Assembly (NCBI GenBank): GCA_963727445.1
Contig: CAVSGI010000010.1
Location: 1,248,001 to 1,312,000 of the forward strand
Origin: an uncultured delta proteobacterium
GTDB taxonomy: Bacteria; Myxococcota_A; Polyangia; Polyangiales; B10-G4
Direction: 5' to 3'
Length of the DNA stretch: 64,000 bases
Positions within the stretch are counted from its first letter, which is position 1. Each line of letters opens with the position of its first letter. Below the pieces are notes generated by a model. It was given only the letters and a program-made list of their open reading frames with translations. It did no database searches and was not told the DNA's origin. Below are positions 63,412-64,000 of this stretch, piece after piece. Position numbers and translations under genes: made by a program.

Positions 63412-63972
63412 TCACCGCGGTTGTCGATCCTCGGTCGATGCCGACTCCTCCTCCTCGGCCGCTGCGGGCGGCGGAGGGGGCGGCTCTTCGCTCGTGCTCG
63501 TGGCGGCGGGCGGCGGCGCTACGTCGTCGGTCGTGGGCGGGGGCGCGGGTGTCGGATCCGGAGTCTCGTCGTCCCCCGGCGGCGGCGAGGCGAGGTCCTC
63601 ACCCCCGGCCGTGGGCGGCGGAACGCGCTCCAGCTCTCCGCGGTAGGCCACGCCGCGGATGGTCCACTTGTTGTGAACGCATTCGTCGTCCGTGTGCGGG
63701 CGATCCGTCTCCACGATCTTCACGTAGGACGCACCCATCTCCGCCGCGCGATTGCGAAGCAGATTCTCGGCCACCACGTAGCTGCCGCGAGAGCCGCCGC
63801 ATTCGTCGCTCCCGTGCGAAGCCTCGACACGTCCGATCTCCTCCAGGCTCGAGGGTGGATCGTAGCGGCCGGTCTTGACCGAGCGCCCATCGTCGCTCAG
63901 CTCGAGCTCCTTGAGACATCCACCGAGGAGCAGGGTGGCGAGGACCGCCATGATGAGGTGCGATTTCATCAT
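63412..63972 (-). CDS. DUF4156/YbjQ-like lipoprotein with Pro-rich tail
   Basis: Lipobox LLGGC; IGRVEASHG...LRNRAAEMGASYV...GVAYR. Confidence 0.7.
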   Translation of the reverse strand: MMKSHLIMAVLATLLLGGCLKELELSDDGRSVKTGRYDPPSSLEEIGRVEASHGSDECGGSRGSYVVAENLLRNRAAEMGASYVKIVETDRPHTDDECVHNKWTIRGVAYRGELERVPPPTAGGEDLASPPPGDDETPDPTPAPPPTTDDVAPPPAATSTSEEPPPPPPAAAEEEESASTEDRQPR

Positions 63973-64000
63973 CCCCCGCCTATGCCACATCCCTTCGCCC

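Overview
High-GC bacterial window. The gene content (two Hanks-type Ser/Thr kinases, Cys-rich CNGxDDDCDG-repeat lipoproteins, TPR/PEGA proteins, a MYXO-CTERM-like tail) suggests Myxococcota, probably Polyangiales/Sandaracinaceae-like; this is an inference. About 45 genes are supported. They include a TetR / sphingosine-1-phosphate-lyase-like / M81 peptidase operon, moaB, an actinobacterial-type succinate dehydrogenase operon, xdhAB, many secreted or lipoprotein repeat proteins, and a non-coding 12 x 52-bp tandem array. Many genes, including sdhA, sdhB and xdhB, are broken by single-base indels, most likely long-read consensus errors, so they are reported as joined CDSs. The top finding is a translationally coupled operon of three ClpA/B-type double-AAA+ ATPases (54102-63286, minus strand). 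They lack Clp-N domains and carry ClpP-loop-like motifs. Two end in a release-factor-like domain with no GGQ, and one has a ribosomal L7/L12-CTD-like domain between its AAA modules. This is a candidate ribosome-linked heteromeric unfoldase or quality-control system. A second window-wide signal is a TAnnnT -10 box 6-8 nt before the start codon of at least 12 genes, suggesting widespread leaderless transcription. No rRNA, tRNA, CRISPR array or transposase was seen. All family assignments come from motif reading by eye; no searches were run.
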